Below the pieces are notes generated by a model. That model had not been told where the DNA came from. It saw only the letters and a program-made list of their open reading frames with translations, and searched no databases. DNA of 38,984 nt. Origin: an uncultured Bacilli bacterium (lineage in GTDB: Bacteria > Bacillota_I > Bacilli_A > RF39 > UBA660). Positions 15,719 to 23,753 of this stretch are shown one piece after another. Where the stretch lies: positions 1 through 38,984 of the forward strand of contig CASRZP010000002.1 of NCBI GenBank assembly GCA_949440065.1, given 5' to 3'. The position numbers and the translations under genes are program-made. The number at the start of each line of letters is the position of its first letter. Position 1 is the first letter of the stretch.

Positions 15719-15746
15719 AAGCAAGCTTTAGTCTTGCTTTCTTATT
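15719..15746 (+). terminator. Hairpin between hsp20 and htpG, probably a partial terminator
   Basis: AAGCAAG-ctttagt-CTTGCTT followed by a T-rich stretch. No promoter is visible before htpG. Confidence 0.5.
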
Positions 15747-15772
15747 AGGAAAAAGAAAAGGATGAGTGAAAA

Positions 15773-17638
15773 GTGAAAAAACAATTTAAAGCAGAATCGA
15801 AAAAACTACTAGATTTAATGATTAATTCCATCTATAGTAATAAAGAAATTTTCTTACGTGAGATGATTTCTAATGCATCCGATGCGATTGATAAACTATA
15901 TTATCGTTCTCTAACCGATAAAAAGGTAAAATTAAAAAGGGAAGACTTCTATATTCGTATTGACATCGATAAAGAAAATCATCAGTTGATTATTTCTGAT
16001 AATGGATGTGGAATGACAGAAGAAGAACTTGAAGTCAACTTAGGAACTATTGCTAAAAGTGGAACCCAAGCTTTCCGTGAAGAAAACAAAGATAAACATC
16101 AAGAAATTGATATCATTGGTCAATTTGGTGTAGGATTTTATTCTGCATTTATGGTAAGTGATAGAATTGATGTTGTTACTAAAGCCTATGGAGAACAACA
16201 AGCATATCACTGGAGTTCTACTGGAGTTGATGGGTATACCATTGAAAAATGTGAAAAAGATGATTATGGTACAATAATTACTTTATCGATTAAAGATGAT
16301 GAGTCAACCAATGAATTCTTAGAGTCTTATCGTATTCAAGGAATCATTAAGAAGTATTCTGATTATATTCGTTATCCTATTCAAATGGAAATAGAACATC
16401 AACATAAAAAAGAGAATAGTGAGGAAGTAGAAACACATAAAGAGTTAACGACCATTAACAGTATGATTCCATTATGGAAGAAGAACAAAAAAGAAGTAAG
16501 TGATGAAGATTATGAACAATTCTATCAAGAGAAGTTCTATGATTATGAAAAACCTCTTCATGTAATTCACTCCCATGCTGAAGGACTATCTTCATATCAT
16601 GCCCTAATGTACATTCCATCACATGCTCCATATGATTATTACACCAAAGAATATGAAAAAGGTTTAGCCCTTTATGCCAATGGTGTCATGATTATGGAAA
16701 AATGTAGTGATTTACTACCTGATTACTTTAGTTTTGTTAAAGGGTTAGTAGACTCTGAAGATTTATCATTAAATATTTCTCGTGAAATGTTACAACAAGA
16801 TAAGACTCTACATACCATTGCCAAAAGTATTGAAAAGAAGATTAAATCAGAATTAGAAAGCTTACTAAAAAATGATAGAAATAAATACTTAGAATTTTTT
16901 AAAGCCTTTGGTATGCAGTTAAAGTTTGGGGTGTATAATCGTTTTGGAATGGATAAAGATGAATTAAAAGATTTAATTATGTTTTATTCCAACGAGAAAA
17001 AAGAGTTAATTACGTTAAAAGAATACGTGGAAAAGAAAAAAGAAGGACAAGATAAAATTTATTATGCCGTAGGAGAGACGATTGATAAGATTGATTTACT
17101 TCCTCAAGTAGAACTAGTAAAAGATAAAGGATTTGATTTATTGTATTTAACAGATTACGTTGATGAATTTGTTGTACAAACCTTAGGACAATATGAAAAT
17201 ATGTCATTTGTCAATATTGCTAGTGAAGCATTTGATCTTGATGGTGAAGAGGAAAAGAAAAAGTTAGAAGAAGAAAATAAATCAAATAAAGATTTGTTCG
17301 ATAAAATGAAGGACTTCATTGATGTTAATGGTATTCGCTTAACGCATCGTTTAAAAAATCATCCTGTTTGTCTTAGTAATGAAGGAAACTTATCCATTGG
17401 AATGGAGAAAGTGTTAAACAATATGCCAACAGATGAGAAAGTTAAAGCCCAAACCATATTAGAAATTAATGCGAACCACCCAATTGTTCATACATTAAAA
17501 GATTTATATCAAAAGGATGTAAAAAGATTAGAAGAATATACGAAACTATTATATAATCAAGCACGACTAATCGAAGGATTATCCATTGATAACCCTGTAG
17601 AATTTAGCAGTATGATTTGTGAATTGATGAGTAAATAG
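15773..17638 (+). CDS. htpG: Molecular chaperone HtpG (Hsp90)
   Basis: FKAESKKLLDLMINSIYSNKEIFLREMISNASDAIDKLYY, DNGCGMT and IGQFGVGFYSAFMV are GHKL ATPase / Hsp90 signatures. 621 aa with a GTG start after AAAGGATGAG. Confidence 0.95.
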   Translation: MKKQFKAESKKLLDLMINSIYSNKEIFLREMISNASDAIDKLYYRSLTDKKVKLKREDFYIRIDIDKENHQLIISDNGCGMTEEELEVNLGTIAKSGTQAFREENKDKHQEIDIIGQFGVGFYSAFMVSDRIDVVTKAYGEQQAYHWSSTGVDGYTIEKCEKDDYGTIITLSIKDDESTNEFLESYRIQGIIKKYSDYIRYPIQMEIEHQHKKENSEEVETHKELTTINSMIPLWKKNKKEVSDEDYEQFYQEKFYDYEKPLHVIHSHAEGLSSYHALMYIPSHAPYDYYTKEYEKGLALYANGVMIMEKCSDLLPDYFSFVKGLVDSEDLSLNISREMLQQDKTLHTIAKSIEKKIKSELESLLKNDRNKYLEFFKAFGMQLKFGVYNRFGMDKDELKDLIMFYSNEKKELITLKEYVEKKKEGQDKIYYAVGETIDKIDLLPQVELVKDKGFDLLYLTDYVDEFVVQTLGQYENMSFVNIASEAFDLDGEEEKKKLEEENKSNKDLFDKMKDFIDVNGIRLTHRLKNHPVCLSNEGNLSIGMEKVLNNMPTDEKVKAQTILEINANHPIVHTLKDLYQKDVKRLEEYTKLLYNQARLIEGLSIDNPVEFSSMICELMSK

Positions 17639-17661
17639 AAGAGTTGTTCTTCTTTTTTTTT
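17637..17661 (+). terminator. Rho-independent terminator
   Basis: AGAAGA-gttgt-TCTTCT hairpin followed by T9. Confidence 0.75.
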
Positions 17662-18190
17662 AGTTTAGGTAAAATTAATTCTTGATATAGAAAAAGATGA
17701 ATGAGTTACAAAAATTCATCTTCAGACTGTTAATAAAAGTTTTGAAAATATTTAATATTTTTTGCCATTAATCTGTTCTATTTCAATTGAGCTTCAATAT
17801 TAGAAAAATAATTATAAATTTAGAAAAAATAAAATGAGGGAAGATTTTTATTAATTATCAATAAAAAATGTAACTGTTCGCACCTATAAAAAAGTAACAG
17901 CAATTTTAAGGTTTATTTACGGGGATTTATGAAGCGTGAATAGTTATGAAAACCTAAATTAAATATTTTTTTATTTGACAATATTGTTTTTTTATGATAA
18001 CTTCTTTTTAAGAGGAAAATTTAATAAAAATAAAAACAAATGTATTGTCTTTTATTGTTTTGATTACTATTTTGTTAAAAGCGATGTTTATAATAGAATG
18101 CAATATGACAGATGGCACGAAGAAAAATATTTGTGTAGATTTTCAAATAAAGTAGTAGCTATGTAGTAAGATGAATGTCTAATTAAATAT

Positions 18191-18270
18191 GATAACAATA
18201 TATGATTGCAAAATGCGTACGATTTGTGATTAATATGTTTGTTATAGATAAAATTATAGGAGGAAATACT
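18191..18270 (+). promoter_or_regulatory. Copy 1 of a duplicated ~80-bp 5' regulatory region; copy 2 is at 29613-29692
   Basis: GATAACAATATATGATTGCAAAATGCGTACGATTTGTGATTAATATGTTTGTTATAGATAAAATTATAGGAGGA. By eye, about 64 of 74 aligned positions are identical to copy 2. Possible TTGCAA-17-ATTAAT promoter inside. Confidence 0.6.
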
Positions 18271-19170
18271 ATGAGAAAAAACGTATTAATATTATTTGGA
18301 TTAGTATTAGTGTATAGTATATTTAATCCATTAACAGTTCATGCATTAAAAACTGATGAAGAAAAGGGTAGTATATTTTTAGAACAAGCTCCTGAAGAAT
18401 TGAAAGTCGCATATGAGGATCAGCCATTTGTTCTATCAGATGATTTGTTTGATGAGAATGGAAATTTATTACCAATACTTAAATATCACGTAAAATATGT
18501 TGAAACTAGTACATTTAGAAGTTCTATGGGAGAAGAGTATAATTTAACAACAGAAAAACTATTAACGCCAGAAGAATATTCTTCTTGGAAACCAGTGCAA
18601 TCAAGAGCAACCTGTTCAGAACCATGGGGTGCTGTGGACTGTTGGGAAACAAATGCTAAAAAAGTTTATATGATTGTTTACGATTGGGGAGAAAATAATC
18701 ATGTAAAAGTCGTAGTAACAAATTTATGGAAGACTATGCCTTCTGTAAGATCTTATGATAGTATTGGTTTGTTGTATAACAATTTTACAATGGATACTGC
18801 ATGGGGATTTCAATATTTTAGAATAGTAGGCGATACTAATATAAGCATGATTAAATATTCATATCAAGGTCAGAATATGAAAATTAGCACCACTGGTCAA
18901 AAAGGTGTAAGTATATCCCAAAATATTGTAAATAATAATATTGATTACTTACAAAATGAATTACATGTAGAAGGTGATATGGATGCATATTTTCAAGCAG
19001 CAGGCTCTTATCAACATGCAGTTACTGATATTTCGTTAGAAACATCAAAAAATTTTACATTTGATGCTTGGGGAATGGGAAAGGTTTTTAACTGGAATAC
19101 TTCGTGGGATCAATGGGATAATATGCAAGGCGTCTGCTTAAACTGGTCTTCATATCTGTGGACATGTTAA
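18271..19170 (+). CDS. Secreted Trp-rich protein of unknown function (signal peptide, 4 Cys)
   Basis: ATG 18271 sits 8 nt after AGGAGG, whereas the track's start at 18202 lies in the regulatory repeat. Signal peptide is MRKNVLILFGLVLVYSIFNPLTVHA. CSEPWGAVDCWE and C-terminal GVCLNWSSYLWTC suggest two disulfides. Confidence 0.65.
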   Translation: MRKNVLILFGLVLVYSIFNPLTVHALKTDEEKGSIFLEQAPEELKVAYEDQPFVLSDDLFDENGNLLPILKYHVKYVETSTFRSSMGEEYNLTTEKLLTPEEYSSWKPVQSRATCSEPWGAVDCWETNAKKVYMIVYDWGENNHVKVVVTNLWKTMPSVRSYDSIGLLYNNFTMDTAWGFQYFRIVGDTNISMIKYSYQGQNMKISTTGQKGVSISQNIVNNNIDYLQNELHVEGDMDAYFQAAGSYQHAVTDISLETSKNFTFDAWGMGKVFNWNTSWDQWDNMQGVCLNWSSYLWTC

Positions 19171-19556
19171 TGGGTTTAAAAAAATATATTAAATTAACAT
19201 TAATATTAATGATGTGTATGTATATTCTAGGCTGCAGGAATAATGAATTTAAAGTTTCATTACGCAATAGTAGATGGGAAGCCGATGGGACACAGCATAG
19301 AGTTATTGTGGGACTAGAAGATGGAAAACCTATTTATGGCGATGATTCTCCAATTTATTTGCAATTTGATAATAATGACAATTATACTATTATTCGTGGT
19401 ATTATAGAAGAATCAGGAGTATATATAGAAAGTGATGATGGTCGAATGCAATTAAAAAGTAATCAAGGAGGATATATGCGGACTTGTCAATTCCAAAGCC
19501 AGAGTGAAATGTCTTGTAATTTAAATGGTGTTGATTATATATTCACTAGAAAATGA
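19164..19556 (+). CDS. Small lipoprotein, translationally coupled to the preceding gene
   Basis: Lipobox LILMMCMYILG-C. The start overlaps the upstream stop (ATGTTAATG; ATG 19164 or 19170). Confidence 0.6.
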   Translation: MLMGLKKYIKLTLILMMCMYILGCRNNEFKVSLRNSRWEADGTQHRVIVGLEDGKPIYGDDSPIYLQFDNNDNYTIIRGIIEESGVYIESDDGRMQLKSNQGGYMRTCQFQSQSEMSCNLNGVDYIFTRK

Positions 19557-19711
19557 TAAAATTACTTTTTGAATAAGTTTTGTCCAATAAATAAAAAAGG
19601 CTGAGTAGAAATAGATATTTTTCTTTTCAAATAGGCAATACTCCCACAACCTTTTATCTGCTTATCATACAATACTATAAAAGAAAATAGAAAGCAAAAA
19701 AAGGAGGAGTT

Positions 19712-19918
19712 ATGGGTAGGAGTATTTTAACCAGTAGAGAAAAAGAAGTGTTTGATTATTTAATTATGAATAAGTCCACCAAAGAAATTGCCATTTTACT
19801 TGGAATTAGTGAAAAAACAGTTAGAAATCATATTTCTAATGCCATGCAAAAACTAGGGGTTAAAGGAAGAGCGTGTGCAGTAATTGAGTTATTAAAATTA
19901 AAAGAAATTTCTCTTTAA
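19712..19918 (+). CDS. gerE: GerE, LuxR-type HTH sporulation transcription regulator
   Basis: LTSREKEVFDYLIMNKSTKEIAILLGISEKTVRNHISNAMQKLGVKGRACAVIELL closely parallels B. subtilis GerE (EKTVRNHISNAMQKLGVKGRSQAVVELL). 68 aa, RBS AAAGGAGGAG. Confidence 0.9.
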   Translation: MGRSILTSREKEVFDYLIMNKSTKEIAILLGISEKTVRNHISNAMQKLGVKGRACAVIELLKLKEISL

Positions 19919-19919
19919 G

Positions 19920-19943
19920 TCGTACTAATCTAGTACGATTTTT
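19920..19943 (+). terminator. Rho-independent terminator
   Basis: TCGTACT-aatct-AGTACGA hairpin followed by TTTTT. Confidence 0.75.
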
Positions 19944-19967
19944 CATATGGTTAAATAGGTGATTTTT

Positions 19968-20912
19968 ATGTTGTTAAGAAAAGCATTGAATAAAATTTTT
20001 ATCACTTCATTAACGGTGTTAATTTTATTGGTAGTGTATTTAATTCCTGTTGAGAAAAATGAAGATTTACCTACCAATCTTGAAATTGAGTATATGACAG
20101 GGTTAGGAAATTCTTATGTTTACTTATTAAATAAAGAAAACCAATTAGTACAAACCAAGGTTTTGCTGGATGAAAGTGATATCGTAAAACAAGTAGAGAA
20201 AATCATCGATTCCCTAAAAGATAGAGAGTCTAATTCTTTTCATACTTTACGAGGAATGATGAATCCTACTTTAACGGTTAAAAATGTGGAGTTAAAAGAT
20301 AAGGTCGTGACTGTTGATTTATCAAATGATTTTCTAGATACTAGTGATAACTTAATGTTAAAACAAATTGAAGCTCTGACTTATAGTATATTATCATTAG
20401 AAAATATTTCAGGGTTACAAATTAAAATTGAGGGAGTAGAGTTGTCTAAAGTATTACCATCATTAAGTAATTTACCAAAGGTATTAACGAAAGATATTGG
20501 TATTAACAAGGTGTATTCTTTTATGGAACCTAAGGATATTGCTAAAGTGAATTTATATTACGTGGCTAAACTTGGTTCTAGTAATTATTATGTTCCTGTT
20601 ACAAAATATGTGAATGATACAAAAGATAAAATTAAAATTATTATTGATGAGTTAGCAAGTAATTATATTTATGAACCTAATTTAATGAGTTTTTTAAATA
20701 AAAATGTGAAGTTACTAGGATATGAGGAAATTAATGATCAGATGATTTTAAATTTTAACGATGCGATATTTAATGATGAAAATCAAATCTTAGAAGAAGT
20801 GATTTATACGATTTCGTACTCGGTTTTTGATAATTATAAGGATACCAATGAAATAATTTTCAAGGTGGATAATCAAGAAATTTCAAAAAATATGCGATAT
20901 TGTCTTGAATAA
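19968..20912 (+). CDS. gerM: GerM-like (GerMN-domain) sporulation/germination protein
   Basis: ATG 19968 follows AGGTGA. N-terminal TM anchor, then two segments with a GerMN-like pattern (LYY.....L.PV.........IDEL....; L...V....V..V.L...F....). Confidence 0.55.
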   Translation: MLLRKALNKIFITSLTVLILLVVYLIPVEKNEDLPTNLEIEYMTGLGNSYVYLLNKENQLVQTKVLLDESDIVKQVEKIIDSLKDRESNSFHTLRGMMNPTLTVKNVELKDKVVTVDLSNDFLDTSDNLMLKQIEALTYSILSLENISGLQIKIEGVELSKVLPSLSNLPKVLTKDIGINKVYSFMEPKDIAKVNLYYVAKLGSSNYYVPVTKYVNDTKDKIKIIIDELASNYIYEPNLMSFLNKNVKLLGYEEINDQMILNFNDAIFNDENQILEEVIYTISYSVFDNYKDTNEIIFKVDNQEISKNMRYCLE

Positions 20913-20954
20913 AAAAAATAAATGGTGTATAATCAATTTGTTAATTGATTATCT

Positions 20955-21031
20955 GTCCCCGTAGCTCAGTTGGATAGAGCAATCCCCTTCTAAGGGATCG
21001 GTCAAGCGTTCGAATCGCTTCGGAGACACCA
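20955..21031 (+). tRNA. tRNA-Arg (anticodon UCU)
   Basis: Cloverleaf: acceptor GTCCCCG/CGGAGAC (one C-A mismatch at 4:69), D-arm GCTC-AGTTGGATA-GAGC, anticodon arm ATCCC-CTTCTAA-GGGAT, T-arm AAGCG-TTCGAAT-CGCTT, discriminator A, encoded CCA. Confidence 0.95.
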
Positions 21032-21040
21032 TATGAATTT

Positions 21041-21066
21041 AAGCCTTATATTATAAGGCTTTTTTC
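21041..21066 (+). terminator. Rho-independent terminator after tRNA-Arg
   Basis: AAGCCTTAT-attat-AAGGCTT hairpin followed by TTTTT. Confidence 0.8.
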
Positions 21067-21114
21067 GTGCTCTAATCTTTTTATGCCTCATACATTCATC
21101 ATGATATGGATAAA

Positions 21115-21208
21115 CTAATAACCAATTAATTTTTCGTTATTTGCTAATTTATTGATGACAATTTTTAAATGATTTATATTTTTATTTTGTAGTAGTTATC
21201 TCTTTACA
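21115..21208 (-). pseudogene. Eroded RelE/YafQ-type toxin remnant downstream of the relB-like antitoxin
   Basis: Minus-strand fragments read CKEITTTK* (cf. the Y.I..T..F.KD toxin N-terminus) and INHLKIVINKLANNEKLIGY* (cf. L..VI..L.....L....DH.L.G). They lie in different frames with multiple stops. Confidence 0.35.
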
Positions 21209-21209
21209 A

Positions 21210-21500
21210 TCAATCTTTATTTAAATCCTTAAATAGTTCTTCAACGTTATTATAGGTTTTTGTTTTTATTTTATCACTTATCATTTTATCAGCTTCAGCC
21301 AAGGCTTTGTTTAATTTCCTACTAGGTTTTGGTTCTGATATTTCAAAAGGAATGCTAGCAGTCTTTACACTTTTCACCAAAAACATATTGATAGCAGTGG
21401 TCATATTTAAGCCTAAATCTTTAAATAGCATATCGGCTTCTTGTTTTAAAGTGGAATCAACACGAATATTTAGATTTGTAGTATTTGATATATTATTCAT
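21210..21500 (-). CDS. RelB/DinJ-family type II antitoxin
   Basis: NLNIRVDSTLKQEADMLFKDLGLNMTTAINMFLVKSVKTASIPFEIS matches the DinJ/RelB ribbon-helix-helix pattern. RBS GGAGAG. Confidence 0.8.
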   Translation of the reverse strand: MNNISNTTNLNIRVDSTLKQEADMLFKDLGLNMTTAINMFLVKSVKTASIPFEISEPKPSRKLNKALAEADKMISDKIKTKTYNNVEELFKDLNKD

Positions 21501-21654
21501 CTAATTCTCTCCATTTCTATATCAATAGTAACATATTATCTTAATTATGCCAACAAATAGTCATTACGTTGTCATTATAAATGTTTTTTAGAAATTATAA
21601 CTTTCTATTACATTATCCTTTATTGATGAAAAGAGGACTTCTTATAGATTTATC

Positions 21655-21682
21655 TAAAAAAGCACTAGTCTAGTGCTTTTCA
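21655..21682 (-). terminator. Terminator for the minus-strand lipoprotein / PemK-like / small-gene operon
   Basis: AGCACTA-gtc-TAGTGCT hairpin flanked by A6 on the plus strand, which is a T-run on the minus strand. Confidence 0.7.
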
Positions 21683-21844
21683 TAATGTTTTTTGTTTTTT
21701 TGAACAAACAATCTTTCCTTTTTCTTTAACTTCTTCGGTCCAATTTATAGGAATTACATCTTTTAAGACCTCTTTGTTAGTAGTAGTAGGTCTTTTTTTA
21801 GTGAAAAATCCTTTTGGAAAACCAATTTTCTTTCTATTTTCCAT
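21680..21844 (-). CDS. Small basic hypothetical protein (54 aa)
   Basis: A strong RBS GTAAGGAGGT precedes the internal ATG (MENRKKIGFPKGFF...). The longer start in the track has no RBS. Confidence 0.5.
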   Translation of the reverse strand: MENRKKIGFPKGFFTKKRPTTTNKEVLKDVIPINWTEEVKEKGKIVCSKKQKTL

Positions 21845-21952
21845 ATGAGACCTCCTTACTATAATAGTATACACAAACAAAGTGATTAATATCAATCAAA
21901 ATGTTCATATATTATAATCTTTCTTTATTAAATTGTCAATCTTTTTAATTCG

Positions 21953-22360
21953 TTACAAATTTTCTGTAACTATTGTGATCTTATCTTTATCAGATAAATA
22001 AAGTATCAATTTCATTAATTCATCAAGAAGTTCATCGGATATTCTCCCAAAAACATAATAATCTAATTTATTTTTATTGAAATAGAATAGTTTATCAGCT
22101 TTAGCGTATGATGGCTTTTTTAATTTTCTAGTACCGTTTTTCTCAAATTCAGTTATTTCCATATTTTCTTTATGAGATAATTTTTGTCTTTTTTGTTCTT
22201 CACTTTTGAAACTAGAAATAACAGTAGTTACATGAGTATATTCTAAACCTTTAATACAATTTGGGTTATCATCTATGACTATAAAAGAGTGAGTACCAAT
22301 TTCTTTTCCATCGTCACCTATATATTTATTTACTACAATAATATCTCCTAATTTACACAT
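21953..22360 (-). CDS. Hypothetical protein whose N-terminus resembles PemK/MazF-type SH3-like barrels
   Basis: MCKLGDIIVVNKYIGDDGKEIGTHSFIVIDDN resembles the GDI..V......G.E..G.RP.VV. pattern, with H.F replacing RP. RBS AGGAGTAAGG. The family assignment is tentative. Confidence 0.3.
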   Translation of the reverse strand: MCKLGDIIVVNKYIGDDGKEIGTHSFIVIDDNPNCIKGLEYTHVTTVISSFKSEEQKRQKLSHKENMEITEFEKNGTRKLKKPSYAKADKLFYFNKNKLDYYVFGRISDELLDELMKLILYLSDKDKITIVTENL

Positions 22361-22380
22361 AGCCTTACTCCTTGTTCGCG

Positions 22381-22902
22381 TTATTTACAAGTATATCCAT
22401 TTGTACTGTTATACATTTCTTTAAATTCATCAAGTGTAAGGTCTTTTTTAATATTGGTAATTAGTTGAGATGATTCGTCGCCACTATCTTCACTTGCGTT
22501 TAATTTTTTTGATATCTCTTCTAAAGCATTATAATCAAGTTTTTCATAATTTACCTCAAAAACAGTCTTAATAGAATTATCACCAACTTTTTCATAAGTG
22601 ACCATCATACCACCGATATTTTCAAAACTTTTCATGATTAATGAACCAATACCATAAACAAAATCAATATATTCTGCATCCATTTTTTGAAGTTGTTCTT
22701 GTTTTATGGTAAGTAGTTTATCATTTTTGTAAGTAGCCGTAATTGTATTGTCCGTTGTGTATCCATCTTCATCTGTTTCTGTTTTACTACAAATCATTTT
22801 CCCTGTATTGTCATTTTTCCCTCTTTGGTTAGTATTATTACCACATCCTGTTATAGATAGTAGTAATAAAGTTACTAAGCATAAAAGTCCTAATTTTTTC
22901 AT
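22381..22902 (-). CDS. Lipoprotein, possibly YehR/DUF1307-like
   Basis: Start at MKKLGLLCLVTLLLLSITG-C (lipobox) with RBS GAAAGAGGTG. TITATYKNDKLLT and VNYEKLDYNAL resemble DUF1307 lipoproteins. Confidence 0.5.
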   Translation of the reverse strand: MKKLGLLCLVTLLLLSITGCGNNTNQRGKNDNTGKMICSKTETDEDGYTTDNTITATYKNDKLLTIKQEQLQKMDAEYIDFVYGIGSLIMKSFENIGGMMVTYEKVGDNSIKTVFEVNYEKLDYNALEEISKKLNASEDSGDESSQLITNIKKDLTLDEFKEMYNSTNGYTCK

Positions 22903-23127
22903 TTTTAAACACCTCTTTCTATTGAAAAAATCTATATTAAAAGTCATATTAACTTTTAACCAAAAATAATTTTTGTTTCTAATAAAATTATATCCTAACT
23001 TAGAAATTTGTGTCAAATTATTTTATAGATAAGGTTTTTGATGATAAATAAATAGATATGGAAAAAATTGGAAAAAGAAAAAAGTCTAAATCAATAGACT
23101 TTTCTATTTAGTTAACTTATAATAAGT

Positions 23128-23577
23128 TTATTGAATATGCTTCTTGGCGCTATCACAACATAGCCAGTTAATGGATAAATTGTAATGCTTTGCTAATTTG
23201 CATAATTTATCTAAAGGTATTTGGGTATAACCATATTCGTAGTAAGCGTATGCTGATTGATTGGTTCCAATTACCTTTGCCATTTCTTTTTGTGTTAGCT
23301 TCTTTTCCTTTCTAAATTCTTTTAGACGCTTTCCTAAAAATTCTAACGTCACAGTTTCATGAGCAGGCATTTTCGATTTATTGTTCGTTAGATTTAATAG
23401 GTAATCAATGTTTGTTTTGAAGTGTTGTGCGAAGAGGTCTAACTTTAAGATAGGAAAGTTAATATCTCCTAACTCCCACATTGCGTATGTTGAACGTTTT
23501 ACCTCTAAAATGGTAGCAACATCGTTTTGGGTCATGTCAAAATCTTCGCGTAAATTTCTTATCCTTTCATATTTCAT
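23128..23577 (-). CDS. Transcriptional regulator with two tandem XRE-family HTH domains
   Basis: IRNLREDFDMTQNDVATILEVKRSTYAMWELG and LKEFRKEKKLTQKEMAKVIGTNQSAYAYYEYG are two Cro/C1-type HTH motifs. Transcribed divergently from the bacteriocin exporter. Confidence 0.85.
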   Translation of the reverse strand: MKYERIRNLREDFDMTQNDVATILEVKRSTYAMWELGDINFPILKLDLFAQHFKTNIDYLLNLTNNKSKMPAHETVTLEFLGKRLKEFRKEKKLTQKEMAKVIGTNQSAYAYYEYGYTQIPLDKLCKLAKHYNLSINWLCCDSAKKHIQ

Positions 23578-23753
23578 CTTATCACCCAATTTTATTTTAG
23601 TACATGACTTATGTAAGTTTTATAATTTGTCAAGTGATACGATTAATATGTGCAAATTTTTGAATTTTATGTAAAAAATTCGTATTTTTTTTTTACTTTT
23701 TTAGTAATTTTAAATTTACTTTCCAATGATGATATTGGGAGGTGAAAAGATGT

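Noticed and set aside
17975-18166. 63-aa ORF in the AT-rich gap upstream of 18271
   Set aside because: It has no RBS and a TTG start, its composition is F/N/K/Y-rich low complexity, and it sits in promoter-like AT-rich DNA.
19644-19674. Sigma-K-type promoter (AC ... CATACAATA) upstream of gerE
   Set aside because: The -10-like CATAcaaTA at 19666-19674 is attractive, but the nearest AC dinucleotides give spacers of 15 or 18 nt rather than 16-17. It cannot be supported from sequence alone.
23685-23694. T10 tract in the divergent XRE / ABC-exporter promoter region as a phase-variation element
   Set aside because: Poly-T/A runs of this length are common in ~30% GC intergenic DNA. Unlike the G10 tracts it is not compositionally anomalous and has no repeated flanking context.
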